DNA of 64,000 nt from IMG/VR virus record IMGVR_UViG_3300042894_005670, one strand, 5' to 3'. The translations under genes were made by a program, and so were the position numbers. The notes beneath the pieces were generated by a model. It ran no database searches and was not told the DNA's origin. It saw only the letters and a program-made list of their open reading frames with translations. Position 1 is the first letter of the stretch. Every line of letters starts with the position of its first letter. Source of the DNA: a virus. Below are positions 38,520 to 49,109 of this stretch, in pieces.

Positions 38520-38861
38520 TTACCCTCCTTTATGATCCTTTACTAAGGTTAATATTAGTTCCATTTTTTCTTTAATTTCAGCAACAGCAGGATATTCTTG
38601 AGCTAATTTGTCAAGTTCATTTTCTTTTTTCATTTTTTCTATTGCCCAATTTAACACTGTTTGTGTTTGATTGTCAAATTCTATAGTTGGATTTTGCCAA
38701 TTTAGTTGTCTCCAAGTCATACCATCATTTATTTCTAAACAATTCATGTTTGGGTTCCAACGAACATGCCCTGCTCCTGACGCTCCAGGACTTATATACG
38801 GATCAGCATAATAGGTTTGGTTAATAGTTAAACCTTTTCCTACGTTAATATTTTTAATCAT
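38520..38861 (-). CDS. Hypothetical protein
   Basis: 113-aa coupled ORF. Confidence 0.6.
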   Translation of the reverse strand: MIKNINVGKGLTINQTYYADPYISPGASGAGHVRWNPNMNCLEINDGMTWRQLNWQNPTIEFDNQTQTVLNWAIEKMKKENELDKLAQEYPAVAEIKEKMELILTLVKDHKGG

Positions 38862-39577
38862 GATGTTTGTGCAGGTAACATATATTCATAATCTGCTAAA
38901 CCACTATCCACCGTGATTTTCATAGCAGGGGAATCACTTATGTGTATGACTTTGTCGCCTGGGAGGTCCATGATGCTAATAAACTGCTTGACAGGCCATG
39001 CCCATGATTTAGTAATCTTACCGCTAACCATTGGCTCAAATACAAAATTTCCACTATGGGTGGTTACATTGCCCATGTATACTTTTAAATCTTTACCATC
39101 TTGTTTTAATATAAAAGTTGATTCATCATTGTTAGCTTGTAACTGTTTTTTAAGACGTTGTATACTAGTTACTTTAGGTTCGAATTGTATGTTCCATGTA
39201 GCACCTGCAAATTTGACAGGTTTAATTTTTTCTTCAACTAATACCTTTGACATTAAACGATAATCATTGACAAAATCGCCACTTGATGTTTCAAAGTGTA
39301 TTGTAGTAGGTAAATCATTTGTTTTAACCATATTAATTGAAGATGTTTCATCATATTCTTCAAACCTTAGAATGGTTCTTAACTTCATTAAGTTGGGCAT
39401 ACCAAATATACCCTCAAAATCAGGATGTGGTGTTTTAAACACACCCTTTAGTATGACAGTACGATCTTCTGCAATAGCATTGATCACTGTTTCATCATCC
39501 GTACCTGATACCTTGATAAGATCAATAAAACCAAGTGCACAGGTATGTTGAATTAAATCTAATAAGTTGTCACGCAT
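38858..39577 (-). CDS. Sliding clamp (T4 gp45-like)
   Basis: 239 aa immediately downstream of PolB; clamp-like size and C-terminal YEYMLPA. Confidence 0.7.
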   Translation of the reverse strand: MRDNLLDLIQHTCALGFIDLIKVSGTDDETVINAIAEDRTVILKGVFKTPHPDFEGIFGMPNLMKLRTILRFEEYDETSSINMVKTNDLPTTIHFETSSGDFVNDYRLMSKVLVEEKIKPVKFAGATWNIQFEPKVTSIQRLKKQLQANNDESTFILKQDGKDLKVYMGNVTTHSGNFVFEPMVSGKITKSWAWPVKQFISIMDLPGDKVIHISDSPAMKITVDSGLADYEYMLPAQTS

Positions 39578-39640
39578 TTAAAATCCTTTAAGTTTTGTAA
39601 TTATAATCATTCACTTTTATTAATCAATAATTTTAGACAA

Positions 39641-42361
39641 CTATTCAAAAGTAAATAGTGAGTCAAATTTATTGTTTATGTTTGTATTTTTTTCTAAATC
39701 CCATCCTAATACACCAAGTAGATTGTCAATCTTTTTATCTACTAATGTATATTCCATTTCACGATCATCAAATGGTAATTCAACAAACCATTGTGGTAAT
39801 CGTAACTCATCAGTAGGGTACGCAATACTTGTAAAATTTAACGGGTTGTTTTTTAACTTACAAACAATAATTTTAGAACCATTGGTAATCTTTGTACTGT
39901 AATTATCATGGTTTAGTTGTCGAAGAAAATTCCAATTAAGCGAGGCACGAACGTGGCCTGGCATGTTGACTTTACCATCTTTACTACGGTTTAATTTTTC
40001 TTCATACAACGCTAACTTATTAACTGCTTTAGGACTACCTTTATTCCAACTTGGCATTTCACGTAGTTTATGTTTGAAAGTTATAATCTTTTTAATAATG
40101 TCATCACGTGAAGATCCTCCTAGAACATCTTCTAGTATACTGAATAAAAACTCTTGTACAAATTTTGGTGTGTCAGCACGTTTTAGATCAAGACCCATTG
40201 CCTTAATCTTACCTAACTTACCATCATTGTCTAAACGTTTACCTTCTTTGTCATAAATGTTAACTGCATATCTTTTCTTAGTAATAAACAATCCACGATC
40301 AGCAACTAATTCACGTCCTGCTTTAATAATAGAACCACTTGATTTAGGACAATGAAAGGTATCATACATAAATTGTGGAAAACTTTGATTGACTGTATTG
40401 CCTAACTCATCATATATAGCAATTGCATTTTCTTTAGTCCACGTCTTTTTTAGTTCAGCATCTTGTGACCATATAGGCCATCCACTGAAATAACATGAGT
40501 CAGTGTCACCATAAACAATAGCATCACCTGTATGATCATATTCGCCTGTAATTAATTCATTTAAATACGCACTCATATGTTTTACAATTTGTCTACCTGT
40601 TAATGTAGTACTTTGTCCAATACGTTTATCGTAAAATCGACAATGTTGATTCAATAGCGCACCATAGGCAGAGTTAAGTAAAATCTTACGTACAAGTTGT
40701 CGTTTATCATAAAACTCAGCTTCTTCGGGGGTTTTTGCTTCTTTAAGTTGTTTTTGAATTTGTTTACGTTCGTTATACCACCTCGTCAACAACCCAGGTA
40801 TCACCCCCTCTACTTCATTAGTAAAAATAGTACCATTGGCACTAAGTATCCATGGTTTACCACTGTTAAAAATTAGTTCGTGTATTTCCGCAGCACTTGC
40901 TACATCACTGCCACCACTTTCCCAATCAATAGTAATCATAGTATGACGTTCTTTATTCATCACCGCCGTATATTCTAAACTACCAAACAATCCTTCCCAT
41001 AGGATAGGACCATCCTCGCCTTCTACCTCAGTATCTTCAGATGCATTGCGATTTTTTTTCTTTTCTCGTGCTAGTTTTTGGCTTTTATCATATAAGTATT
41101 GATCAGTTAAAGTTTGTTTTAGTTGTCCAACTATTGTTTCAGGTGCCATGTTTAGTGCACGAATCGTCGATGGATATAGCGAGTTTAAATCAACTGCTGC
41201 TATCCATTCATGTATACCTTTTTTAGGATAAGCAACATATGCACCCGCAGCTTTACTTTCATCATCAGTATCACGTGTAGGTTTGTCAGGTATGATTAAC
41301 CCACGTGAATGTGCTTCGTTAATCACAGCTTGTTCAATCATAGCTACACTGCCCATCACGGTAGGTAATAATACGGTATTTTGATGTGCAATGCTATTGG
41401 CTAAGTCTAAAAATTTTAGTTTGTTATGAATCTTAAAAAGAAGCATCGTATCTTGACGGTTATACTCTAAGAATGTTTTCCAATCATTATTGTATAGTTG
41501 ATCAAGTGTACCTTCGTAAGGTGTTTTCTTTTCACCTACTTCCATTTCACCAATATAATCAAGTTTATAACTATGACGTTGTTCGTAATTATATTTTTTA
41601 TATAACTCAAGGTAATCCATGTGTATACGACCAACTAAATCATAAGTAACTTGTTTTTGATCAAATTGAACAAACTCACGTTGTTTTGGTGGTTGGTTGA
41701 GTAAACAAAAACGGTAAGTATCTTCTTTCGATAATACTCTTGTTACACGATTAACCATATATGGTATATCATAGCCACCACTATTCCATCCTGTTAACAC
41801 ATCAGCATCTTCAATCAGTGTAAAAAATGTATCAAACATTTCTGCTTCATCTGCAAAAACAAAGGTATTTTCAAATGATGATGTAATTTCTATTATTTCA
41901 TCTTGTGATAATCCTTTTGGTGGCACACATAGTGTAATCAGTGTATTGCACCAATCAAGATACATTGAAATAGAATTGACTGCATTAAACGGATCACTTG
42001 GTGGTGCGAATCCATATTCAGGGTCAAAGTTTACCTCAATGTCAAAAAAACATGTATGTAATTTTGGTGGTGGAGCATCTAAATAATTATCTGCCAAACA
42101 TCGAAAGACAGGATTGATATCACTTTCATAAGTTTTTTTCTTAGATAATACACGCAATTCTTTTTGAAATTCAGAGCGTTTTGATGTGACGAATTTAGTA
42201 AGTGATTCACCATCTACACCACGATATTTTCCTTTTGGGTCAGGATAATAAAAAATATATTTGGCTTTGTATTCTTGGTAAACACGCTTACCTTTATCAT
42301 CACGTTCTACAATGTAAATGATATCTTTGTCACGATCTAACAACGCATCAACATAACTCAT
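39641..42361 (-). CDS. Family B DNA polymerase (T4 gp43-like)
   Basis: Exo FFDIE and GWNS..YD; polymerase DLNSLYPS, KILLNSAYG, YGDTDS and KKRY; C-terminal SLFTF clamp-binding tail. Confidence 0.97.
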   Translation of the reverse strand: MSYVDALLDRDKDIIYIVERDDKGKRVYQEYKAKYIFYYPDPKGKYRGVDGESLTKFVTSKRSEFQKELRVLSKKKTYESDINPVFRCLADNYLDAPPPKLHTCFFDIEVNFDPEYGFAPPSDPFNAVNSISMYLDWCNTLITLCVPPKGLSQDEIIEITSSFENTFVFADEAEMFDTFFTLIEDADVLTGWNSGGYDIPYMVNRVTRVLSKEDTYRFCLLNQPPKQREFVQFDQKQVTYDLVGRIHMDYLELYKKYNYEQRHSYKLDYIGEMEVGEKKTPYEGTLDQLYNNDWKTFLEYNRQDTMLLFKIHNKLKFLDLANSIAHQNTVLLPTVMGSVAMIEQAVINEAHSRGLIIPDKPTRDTDDESKAAGAYVAYPKKGIHEWIAAVDLNSLYPSTIRALNMAPETIVGQLKQTLTDQYLYDKSQKLAREKKKNRNASEDTEVEGEDGPILWEGLFGSLEYTAVMNKERHTMITIDWESGGSDVASAAEIHELIFNSGKPWILSANGTIFTNEVEGVIPGLLTRWYNERKQIQKQLKEAKTPEEAEFYDKRQLVRKILLNSAYGALLNQHCRFYDKRIGQSTTLTGRQIVKHMSAYLNELITGEYDHTGDAIVYGDTDSCYFSGWPIWSQDAELKKTWTKENAIAIYDELGNTVNQSFPQFMYDTFHCPKSSGSIIKAGRELVADRGLFITKKRYAVNIYDKEGKRLDNDGKLGKIKAMGLDLKRADTPKFVQEFLFSILEDVLGGSSRDDIIKKIITFKHKLREMPSWNKGSPKAVNKLALYEEKLNRSKDGKVNMPGHVRASLNWNFLRQLNHDNYSTKITNGSKIIVCKLKNNPLNFTSIAYPTDELRLPQWFVELPFDDREMEYTLVDKKIDNLLGVLGWDLEKNTNINNKFDSLFTFE

Positions 42362-42364
42362 AAA

Positions 42365-42997
42365 TTACGTATTATAAAAGAAATTGCCTGATATACTAAT
42401 TCTTGATCCATTTGAGCTATAAAATGGATGGACCGAGTGCCCTAGCACAGAGGGAAAGATTAAACATTTATATATCATAGTTTTGTCAATTTTAATAAAA
42501 TAAGATCCTATACCGCCTATTGGGTCAGGATAAATGAAAGAAAAAGTGCCACCCAAATTATATCTAGAATCTTTGCCTGGGTTTAATTGCTGTTCTTTTT
42601 CATAATCATACGGTATTTCCAAGTATAAAACAAATGATACTAATCCTGAATGATTGTGAGGAGGATTTACTTCATATTTTTTTTGAAAATTAACCCAAGC
42701 ATTATTTAAAGTTAAAGTATGATTATGCATGTTAACTGTATAATAATCATAAAGGTTAATATGTTCAATATAGCTTATTACGTATGGAGTTAACAATTGC
42801 TCCAAATATTTTAAGCTATTTTTGATTCTTAATTCAGATTTAATTTGTCCAATTAAAATACTATTTGCTTCTTGATATCGATTTGGATTTTTTTTCATGT
42901 CATTTACTTCTGCAATAATGGGAAGTAAATCATCTTTAGAAAATTCTACCTCATAAAAACCAAATGAATACAATGGTTGAAATTTGGTTGGGTTCAT
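42365..42997 (-). CDS. Putative 2OG-Fe(II) oxygenase
   Basis: WVNFQ, NPPHNHSG.VSFV.Y, IFPS.L.HSV.P and RISISGN. Confidence 0.85.
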   Translation of the reverse strand: MNPTKFQPLYSFGFYEVEFSKDDLLPIIAEVNDMKKNPNRYQEANSILIGQIKSELRIKNSLKYLEQLLTPYVISYIEHINLYDYYTVNMHNHTLTLNNAWVNFQKKYEVNPPHNHSGLVSFVLYLEIPYDYEKEQQLNPGKDSRYNLGGTFSFIYPDPIGGIGSYFIKIDKTMIYKCLIFPSVLGHSVHPFYSSNGSRISISGNFFYNT

Positions 42998-43255
42998 TTA
43001 CATTGTTTTTCCAACAGTTATTAAAATGTTTTCAAGTAACTCATGATCTTGACGTGCTTTACCCAACTCTGCTTTATGGGCAATACGAATTGCTTTTTTT
43101 AACACTGCTGCTTTAATATTCATTTCCTCAGCAATTGCTTTAACAGTATCATTTAATCCACTTTGTAAGGTATCAACCTCATGTAATACTTGACAACCCT
43201 CCGTAATTAAATGCGTTAGTTTTGCTTTTTGCTCGGAAGAAAAGGTAACACTCAT
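42998..43255 (-). CDS. dsDNA-binding protein (T4 DsbA-like)
   Basis: 85-aa helical protein; DTVKAIAEE..I...L.KAI pattern. Confidence 0.5.
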   Translation of the reverse strand: MSVTFSSEQKAKLTHLITEGCQVLHEVDTLQSGLNDTVKAIAEEMNIKAAVLKKAIRIAHKAELGKARQDHELLENILITVGKTM

Positions 43256-43327
43256 ATCAAACTCCTATAAGAAAGTACTTAGTGTACACCTTACATGCAA
43301 TAAAACAATGTTTTTTGGATAATGGGG

Positions 43328-43852
43328 TTAGAGGAAAATCTGTTTAAGTTTTGGCATGACTGAATTTAAATCAGTGTACAATAATCCTATGCCACCTGCT
43401 TGATTAAATGCATCAATTTTTTTAGGAGTATCGTCGATTAATATGGCAGGTTGGTGTCCATAATTAGCCCACTTCCATTTGTTAGGTTCAAATATAGCTT
43501 TTTGAGCAACTTCCCACCCTAAATTAGTGGCTAACCAATCTTTTTTACCAACTTCACTTGCTTTACGACTATCTTTGGGATCGACCCCACTACTACGTAA
43601 TGGTGCACTAAGGATACGCCAATCAATATTGTGATCATCTAACCACTTAATTAATTGCATTCCATCAGCTAATGGTGGCATGTTAGCGAAAAAATCTTTT
43701 ACCCCACGTGGTCCTAACCTACGCAGACTATCTACCCTACTTTCTTTGTCAGTACCATCATATTTAAGGATAGCTTGGTCAAAATCAGCTAGGACACCAT
43801 CCATATCAACAAAGACAAAAGGTTTTGGTTTACTTACTTCGAAGATTTTCAT
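43328..43852 (-). CDS. HAD-family 5'(3')-deoxyribonucleotidase-like protein
   Basis: VDMDGVLADF, ILSAP and ILIDD; start MKIFE. Confidence 0.85.
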   Translation of the reverse strand: MKIFEVSKPKPFVFVDMDGVLADFDQAILKYDGTDKESRVDSLRRLGPRGVKDFFANMPPLADGMQLIKWLDDHNIDWRILSAPLRSSGVDPKDSRKASEVGKKDWLATNLGWEVAQKAIFEPNKWKWANYGHQPAILIDDTPKKIDAFNQAGGIGLLYTDLNSVMPKLKQIFL

Positions 43853-44277
43853 ACTCTGCAATTTCCTATAACTTTTGTTATTGTTGTAAATTCACGTGCT
43901 ACACGATCATAAAACAATTCAGGAGGTCTTTCACTGTAAGTACGATAACCTAAAGCAAGTTGCCCCATGTCAACATAATAGGATAAACTAGGCCAACGTT
44001 TTCTGTTGAGCTTTAATCCATCAATAAGTATACATTCTTCTGCCAATCTTGTCAAATTAGTTTTTTTGGTTTCACCATCAGTGTTCATGGCTTCCATTAA
44101 TTTTATGGCAATAGGTTCGTTATTAATATTTGGGTTTTCCATATGTCTTGCAAACATATGTACGGTAAACGCCTCTATATCAGGATCAAGATTAACACAT
44201 GCAGCAGCTTCGGCGGCAAGAATTACCTCGTAGCTATGCTTGACATAGGTCATCCAATGTTGCATATTAATGTTCAA
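43849..44277 (-). CDS. Hypothetical protein
   Basis: 142-aa ORF; YYVDMGQ.A motif. Confidence 0.6.
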   Translation of the reverse strand: MNINMQHWMTYVKHSYEVILAAEAAACVNLDPDIEAFTVHMFARHMENPNINNEPIAIKLMEAMNTDGETKKTNLTRLAEECILIDGLKLNRKRWPSLSYYVDMGQLALGYRTYSERPPELFYDRVAREFTTITKVIGNCRV

Positions 44278-45511
44278 GCAATAAGGTTATAATAACGTCA
44301 TTACGGTTAGCACTATCGTCCCCATCCCCAGGCGCCACCACCACATTCCAATATGGCTCACCATTAGACTTTGTACCATCCTTAAATCCCATCATTTGAT
44401 CATAAGTAATAATCGTTTGTGGTTTTATACCATATTTTTGTGCTGCACGTTGTTTGAATGTTTCCCAAGCCTCTGCATTTTTCCAACGTAATTTATTATT
44501 TGCATCACGCCCCATTAAATCAGTAAACAATGCACGATCAACAATTTCACTACGCTTTACTTCTTGACCTGTCTGTTTTTTAAATAATTCTACTTTTTTG
44601 AATTCTCCTGATTTTGCTCCCATAGAAAAATTAATTCTAAAATTCTTTGGACGTTCGCTTGTTGCAACATCGCCTATTTTTGTATAGGCATAAAATTGCA
44701 CGTCAGGAAACTTTCTTGCAACATCATAGGCTAAGTTAAGATATTCAGGGCTAAAGAAATCACCCGCATCGTGCCAACGAATGATGACTTGTGTACCCTG
44801 TTTTTGAAACTTATTTCTTGCAGATTCAATCTCATTTTCTAGCATAGCTTTCCATCCATCGGGATCATTAAGTAAAAAATTTAATGATCTTGATCCTGCT
44901 TCAGATGGTGGAGCATATTGTACATAACCACCTTTCATTGCATAACATACTTGTACGCATTTTCCTGCCCCAGGGCAAGTATTTACAACCACAAATTTCA
45001 TCTTTTCTTCATCTACTGCTAAACCAACTAAAGCAGGTAAACCAATATTAAAAAATATACTGCTACTTCCATCACTATGCTGCATTTTTTCGTTTTGTTT
45101 TAACAGCTTCTTAGGACGTTGCATCACTGATGCCATCAATTTTGGCAAATCATACAATTGATTACTAGGATCTACAATAGGCACTGTGCCACTGTGAATA
45201 TATGGACGTATTAGTTTATCTTGCTTAAATCGTTTGTAAACTTCGTATTCTTCACCTGACATTTTACCAAGTTGTTTTTTACTTGGTCTACGATATTTTT
45301 TCTGTAATTCAGGGCTAAGTTTTCTACGTAAATAGTCAGTTAATTCGTCTTCAGGATAATCTCGACGTGGTGCCCCTAAGAATTTTTCAGCTTCATCTAA
45401 TTCTTCTTGATCTTGTACAAATTGTTGTAGTGACATCACCTCAACTCCCTGAGCGGCGCCTGGAAAATCGGACTTTAATGTATCTTCAAGTAATAATTCA
45501 TTAATTTTCAT
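44267..45511 (-). CDS. Gp88-like protein (Cys-cluster, radical-SAM-like)
   Basis: TCPGAGKCVQVCYA, RWHDAGDF and YAYTK. Confidence 0.75.
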   Translation of the reverse strand: MKINELLLEDTLKSDFPGAAQGVEVMSLQQFVQDQEELDEAEKFLGAPRRDYPEDELTDYLRRKLSPELQKKYRRPSKKQLGKMSGEEYEVYKRFKQDKLIRPYIHSGTVPIVDPSNQLYDLPKLMASVMQRPKKLLKQNEKMQHSDGSSSIFFNIGLPALVGLAVDEEKMKFVVVNTCPGAGKCVQVCYAMKGGYVQYAPPSEAGSRSLNFLLNDPDGWKAMLENEIESARNKFQKQGTQVIIRWHDAGDFFSPEYLNLAYDVARKFPDVQFYAYTKIGDVATSERPKNFRINFSMGAKSGEFKKVELFKKQTGQEVKRSEIVDRALFTDLMGRDANNKLRWKNAEAWETFKQRAAQKYGIKPQTIITYDQMMGFKDGTKSNGEPYWNVVVAPGDGDDSANRNDVIITLLLEH

Positions 45512-45543
45512 AGTAACAATACCTTTATAGTATTTATTTCATT

Positions 45544-46245
45544 TTATCCAAAACCAAACGTGCCATAGTGTTTAGAACGTGCATAGGCAGCTATTAAAAC
45601 TTTACCGCCAATCTTACGCCATTCATTACAAAAATGATAATCTTCAGATAGTAAATTATAATCAATACTTGTTTGAAAAAATCCGTATGTTAATCGACCT
45701 GTATATTCACCCCAATTACCTATATAAGTTGGAGTATGCGGTTTTAACTTTTCAAACACATTACGTTTGATAAGCATATATCCCGTACCTGCATGAATAG
45801 CTTCTTTCAAACGATCAGGTTCATTGTCTAATTGGGGATCCTCGCCAGGGGCTGCATTAAATATATACCAAGTACTATAAAATGGTAATTTTTCAGGTGG
45901 CTCCCCGTTTCGTACAGCATGATGTACCCATTCCCAATTAATAATTTTTGATGGATAACATCCACAAATCAAATCTACATCCTCATTAATCATACGAATT
46001 ACATCAGGTGGATTGATGATTACGTCAGCGTCTAAAAATAATAAATGAGTACAATCACTTAATAAAAAATCTGATACTAAATTATCTCTAGCACGTGTGA
46101 TTAACGATTGATCATACGTAAAATGATATTCTAATTTCCACTTTTTCTTTCTAAATTCTTCAATTAATTTAATTAATGCATCAGCAAATAACCCATGACA
46201 TTGTCCACCATACATGGGTGTTGCAAGAAAAACTTTTGGCTTCAT
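45544..46245 (-). CDS. Glycosyltransferase-like (GT-A) protein
   Basis: ATPMYGG, SLITRARD, FLDAD, GTGYMLI and LSEDYHFC. Confidence 0.8.
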   Translation of the reverse strand: MKPKVFLATPMYGGQCHGLFADALIKLIEEFRKKKWKLEYHFTYDQSLITRARDNLVSDFLLSDCTHLLFLDADVIINPPDVIRMINEDVDLICGCYPSKIINWEWVHHAVRNGEPPEKLPFYSTWYIFNAAPGEDPQLDNEPDRLKEAIHAGTGYMLIKRNVFEKLKPHTPTYIGNWGEYTGRLTYGFFQTSIDYNLLSEDYHFCNEWRKIGGKVLIAAYARSKHYGTFGFG

Positions 46246-46289
46246 CTTTACCTCATTAAAAGTAAAGATATTTAATGTGGTATTGCTGT

Positions 46290-46496
46290 TTAATTATTTT
46301 TAATTAAATCATCCAAATATGCTCTTGCCGCACGATAATGTTCAACTTCAAAATTAAATGTTTTCCATTCGCCACTAGCACATTGTGCAGTAAATGAATA
46401 ACTTCTTAATGGTTGTGCCATAGGTGGTGGTGCCATAGGTGCTTCGTTTGATCCTCCAACTAAACTCATGTTATTATTCTCCTTATGATGAGCCAA
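46290..46496 (-). CDS. Hypothetical protein
   Basis: ORF track; likely start MSLVGG after AAGGAG. Confidence 0.45.
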   Translation of the reverse strand: MAHHKENNNMSLVGGSNEAPMAPPPMAQPLRSYSFTAQCASGEWKTFNFEVEHYRAARAYLDDLIKNN

Positions 46497-48672
46497 AAAA
46501 CTTATTCATCAAAGCTTTTTGTTTTTTAGGTTTTGCCCCAAGTACAGGACTAATATTAGCCACCTTATCAGTGCCACTTAAGTATTTTGGGTTACGCTTG
46601 TCCTCTTTAGTATAACGTGGGTCTTTAGGGTCATACTCAGTACCAAATGCACTCTTAACTTGTGACGAATTGAATATGATATAAGACATATCTATATAGT
46701 CAGCTTGTTTTTGCAAATACTGATGCGCTTCTTGTTCAGCTTCTTCAGGTGTATCGCCTTCACCAATAGGTAAAGTAGGCATAACATTATCAGGTAAATA
46801 TGCTACGTATTTTGATCCTTCTTTTTTAATCGTAAAATTAATGCGCTCATCAGGTCGCAATGTTCGCTTACCTTCATTAGTATTACGATATTGTATACCA
46901 TCATATCCCGCATCAAACAATGAACGTGCTAATTCAGCATAGATTGTTGCTTTACAGTCATCCCAATCCATATCACGATCCCTACGAATTGCTTCAAGTT
47001 CGTTATATTCTTTTTGGTTAATAATCTTTTTCTTAAATAAAAAATTCATAACTTGACGTAAATGCTCTTCATCAGGACCAAATATGTCAGGCATAGTAAA
47101 AGGGTTTGTAATCTTTAAAAATACAGGAATTACACGTGCTCCACTATATTTGGCAAACTCATTAGCTGCTTCACGATTGCCAAAATGTATACCAAAATCA
47201 CGATATAAATTTTTAAACGTTGAAAAATCATTAGATGTACCATGATAAACAATCATAGGAGCACCATTACTATCAACTACTTTACTATTGCCAAACCATG
47301 CTCTTAAATTTTCCTCACGACCTTCTACTAATTCTTTTAAAAAACTCATGGACTCTTTGTTGATATTAGGATTAGTTGGGTCAAATGTACCATCATTGTA
47401 AACGGATTTGATTTGCTCAGGGCGTAATGCTATGTACCACGTTTTGGTTCTGCCTTTTATAACGAAGCCATCATTACCGTTTTCTGTAGCCTTTTTAAGA
47501 AGATTACGCACTTGGACGTATCCCTTACTAGAATTAGACATTGACACCCATTTGTCCACGGATATAGAAAGCGGATTTTTAATAGATAAGAAAACGGGGA
47601 TGATGTTGGCACCTTCTTGTTGAGCATACCCGCCAGCATCCGAGGCTGACGTTGAGAAAAAGATGCCTAGATAATCAGTTGCATTTGGCACACTGCTGCC
47701 TTTTGGCGCAGACTTGTCAAACGCTGCAAAGTTTCTGAGCGTACCGTGATACACCACTAACGGATCGCCTCTTTCATCAACCACCTTACTATTACCAAAC
47801 CACTTATTAAAATTATTTTTTCTATCATTACTATCTTCTTTAGTAATGTCAGGTTCATATTTACCAAATGTACCTACATTATATATAGACTTGATTTGAT
47901 ACTGTTCAAATGGACGATAAGTTAAAATAATCGGTGTGCCCTCAGCACCAAGTTCTAACTCTTTTCCATCACGTGGTTCATATTTTTGGGAACCTGCTTC
48001 AAAAACATCTTTTAAAATGACACCATCATATCCCATACCTTGTAGGTAACTTACAATATCTTCACTATCTGCAATAGTATATGTATCTATAACCGTATTG
48101 TCTAGTGCATCCTCAATAGAACTAATATCGTCTGCTTCACCCCATGTGTCAATTTGATCTGAAAGGTCACGAAATCCTTTTATTCTAAAACCATCATCGT
48201 CATAAGCATTGATTGAAAATCTTGCGCCTGTTTTGTATATAATTTCATCTAAATCATATATCATATAGGACACATCTCTCCAACCTAATTTTTTACGTCC
48301 ACCATCAGGTACATTTAGATCACTAGGCACCGTATTAATAAAATCTATTAATGATATTGTTTCGTTATAACGGGTAAGATCTAATGGTTTAACAATTCGT
48401 AAATACGCTGCGATTACAGTAGAACCACTACCATATTGTCTTGTGTCTAAATGTCTAGAGTATACACTAGCTGCTGCAGGGTCATTAGTAAAAGATGGTA
48501 CTGCACGACCTTGAGTTAATTTAAATTCTGTGGCAGCAGGTCGCTTACGTGTACCACGATATACAACAAGTGGGTTGCCATTACTATCAACCACTTTACT
48601 ATTACCAAACCAACTACGAAATGCTTTTGTCTCTCTAGCTTTTTGGTATTCTAATAATTGTCCAATTTTCAT
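46483..48672 (-). CDS. Protein with three tandem ADP-ribosyltransferase-like (ART-PolyVal-type) domains
   Basis: Three WFGNSKVVD..G.P..VY[RH]GT starts, each with [YF]L.I..P, G.DG and Q[IV]KS. Confidence 0.75.
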   Translation of the reverse strand: MKIGQLLEYQKARETKAFRSWFGNSKVVDSNGNPLVVYRGTRKRPAATEFKLTQGRAVPSFTNDPAAASVYSRHLDTRQYGSGSTVIAAYLRIVKPLDLTRYNETISLIDFINTVPSDLNVPDGGRKKLGWRDVSYMIYDLDEIIYKTGARFSINAYDDDGFRIKGFRDLSDQIDTWGEADDISSIEDALDNTVIDTYTIADSEDIVSYLQGMGYDGVILKDVFEAGSQKYEPRDGKELELGAEGTPIILTYRPFEQYQIKSIYNVGTFGKYEPDITKEDSNDRKNNFNKWFGNSKVVDERGDPLVVYHGTLRNFAAFDKSAPKGSSVPNATDYLGIFFSTSASDAGGYAQQEGANIIPVFLSIKNPLSISVDKWVSMSNSSKGYVQVRNLLKKATENGNDGFVIKGRTKTWYIALRPEQIKSVYNDGTFDPTNPNINKESMSFLKELVEGREENLRAWFGNSKVVDSNGAPMIVYHGTSNDFSTFKNLYRDFGIHFGNREAANEFAKYSGARVIPVFLKITNPFTMPDIFGPDEEHLRQVMNFLFKKKIINQKEYNELEAIRRDRDMDWDDCKATIYAELARSLFDAGYDGIQYRNTNEGKRTLRPDERINFTIKKEGSKYVAYLPDNVMPTLPIGEGDTPEEAEQEAHQYLQKQADYIDMSYIIFNSSQVKSAFGTEYDPKDPRYTKEDKRNPKYLSGTDKVANISPVLGAKPKKQKALMNKFFGSS

Positions 48673-49109
48673 CCACGGTCTTTTTTCAATATGCTACGAA
48701 GCATCCATGAATGTTTTGCGTGACTATCAATACGTCCTGCTATAAAATCAGCAATACCTTGCTCATCTTCTGCTTCACATTGATGGAATGTTTCTTTTAA
48801 TAATACAATAATCTTTTGATTATCTTCGTACAATTCTGCCATCATTAACTCAGCACGTGGTATTTGTTGTTGCTCATCAATAATACTTAACTCTTGATAC
48901 CTCGTCATGGATCCTGGTGCATATGAGTCTAACTGTCGAATTATTTCAGCTAGTTGATCAATACTGCCATATACTTCATTATACAAATCACCTAAAAATG
49001 CATGATATTGTGGAAAGTTTGGGCCTTCAATGTTCCAATGAAACCCTGCTGCCTTTATATAAAAAGCAAATGATGTTCCTAACACTTGCTTTAACTTATC
49101 TTTTAACAT
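48669..49109 (-). CDS. dps: Dps/ferritin-like DNA protection protein
   Basis: HWNIEG.NF.QYH, DQLAE and H.K..WML. Confidence 0.93.
   Translation of the reverse strand: MLKDKLKQVLGTSFAFYIKAAGFHWNIEGPNFPQYHAFLGDLYNEVYGSIDQLAEIIRQLDSYAPGSMTRYQELSIIDEQQQIPRAELMMAELYEDNQKIIVLLKETFHQCEAEDEQGIADFIAGRIDSHAKHSWMLRSILKKDRG

Noticed and set aside
5294-42361. Introns or inteins in nrdA, nrdB, helicase or DNA polymerase
   Set aside because: All are uninterrupted and of normal length, with no intein motifs.
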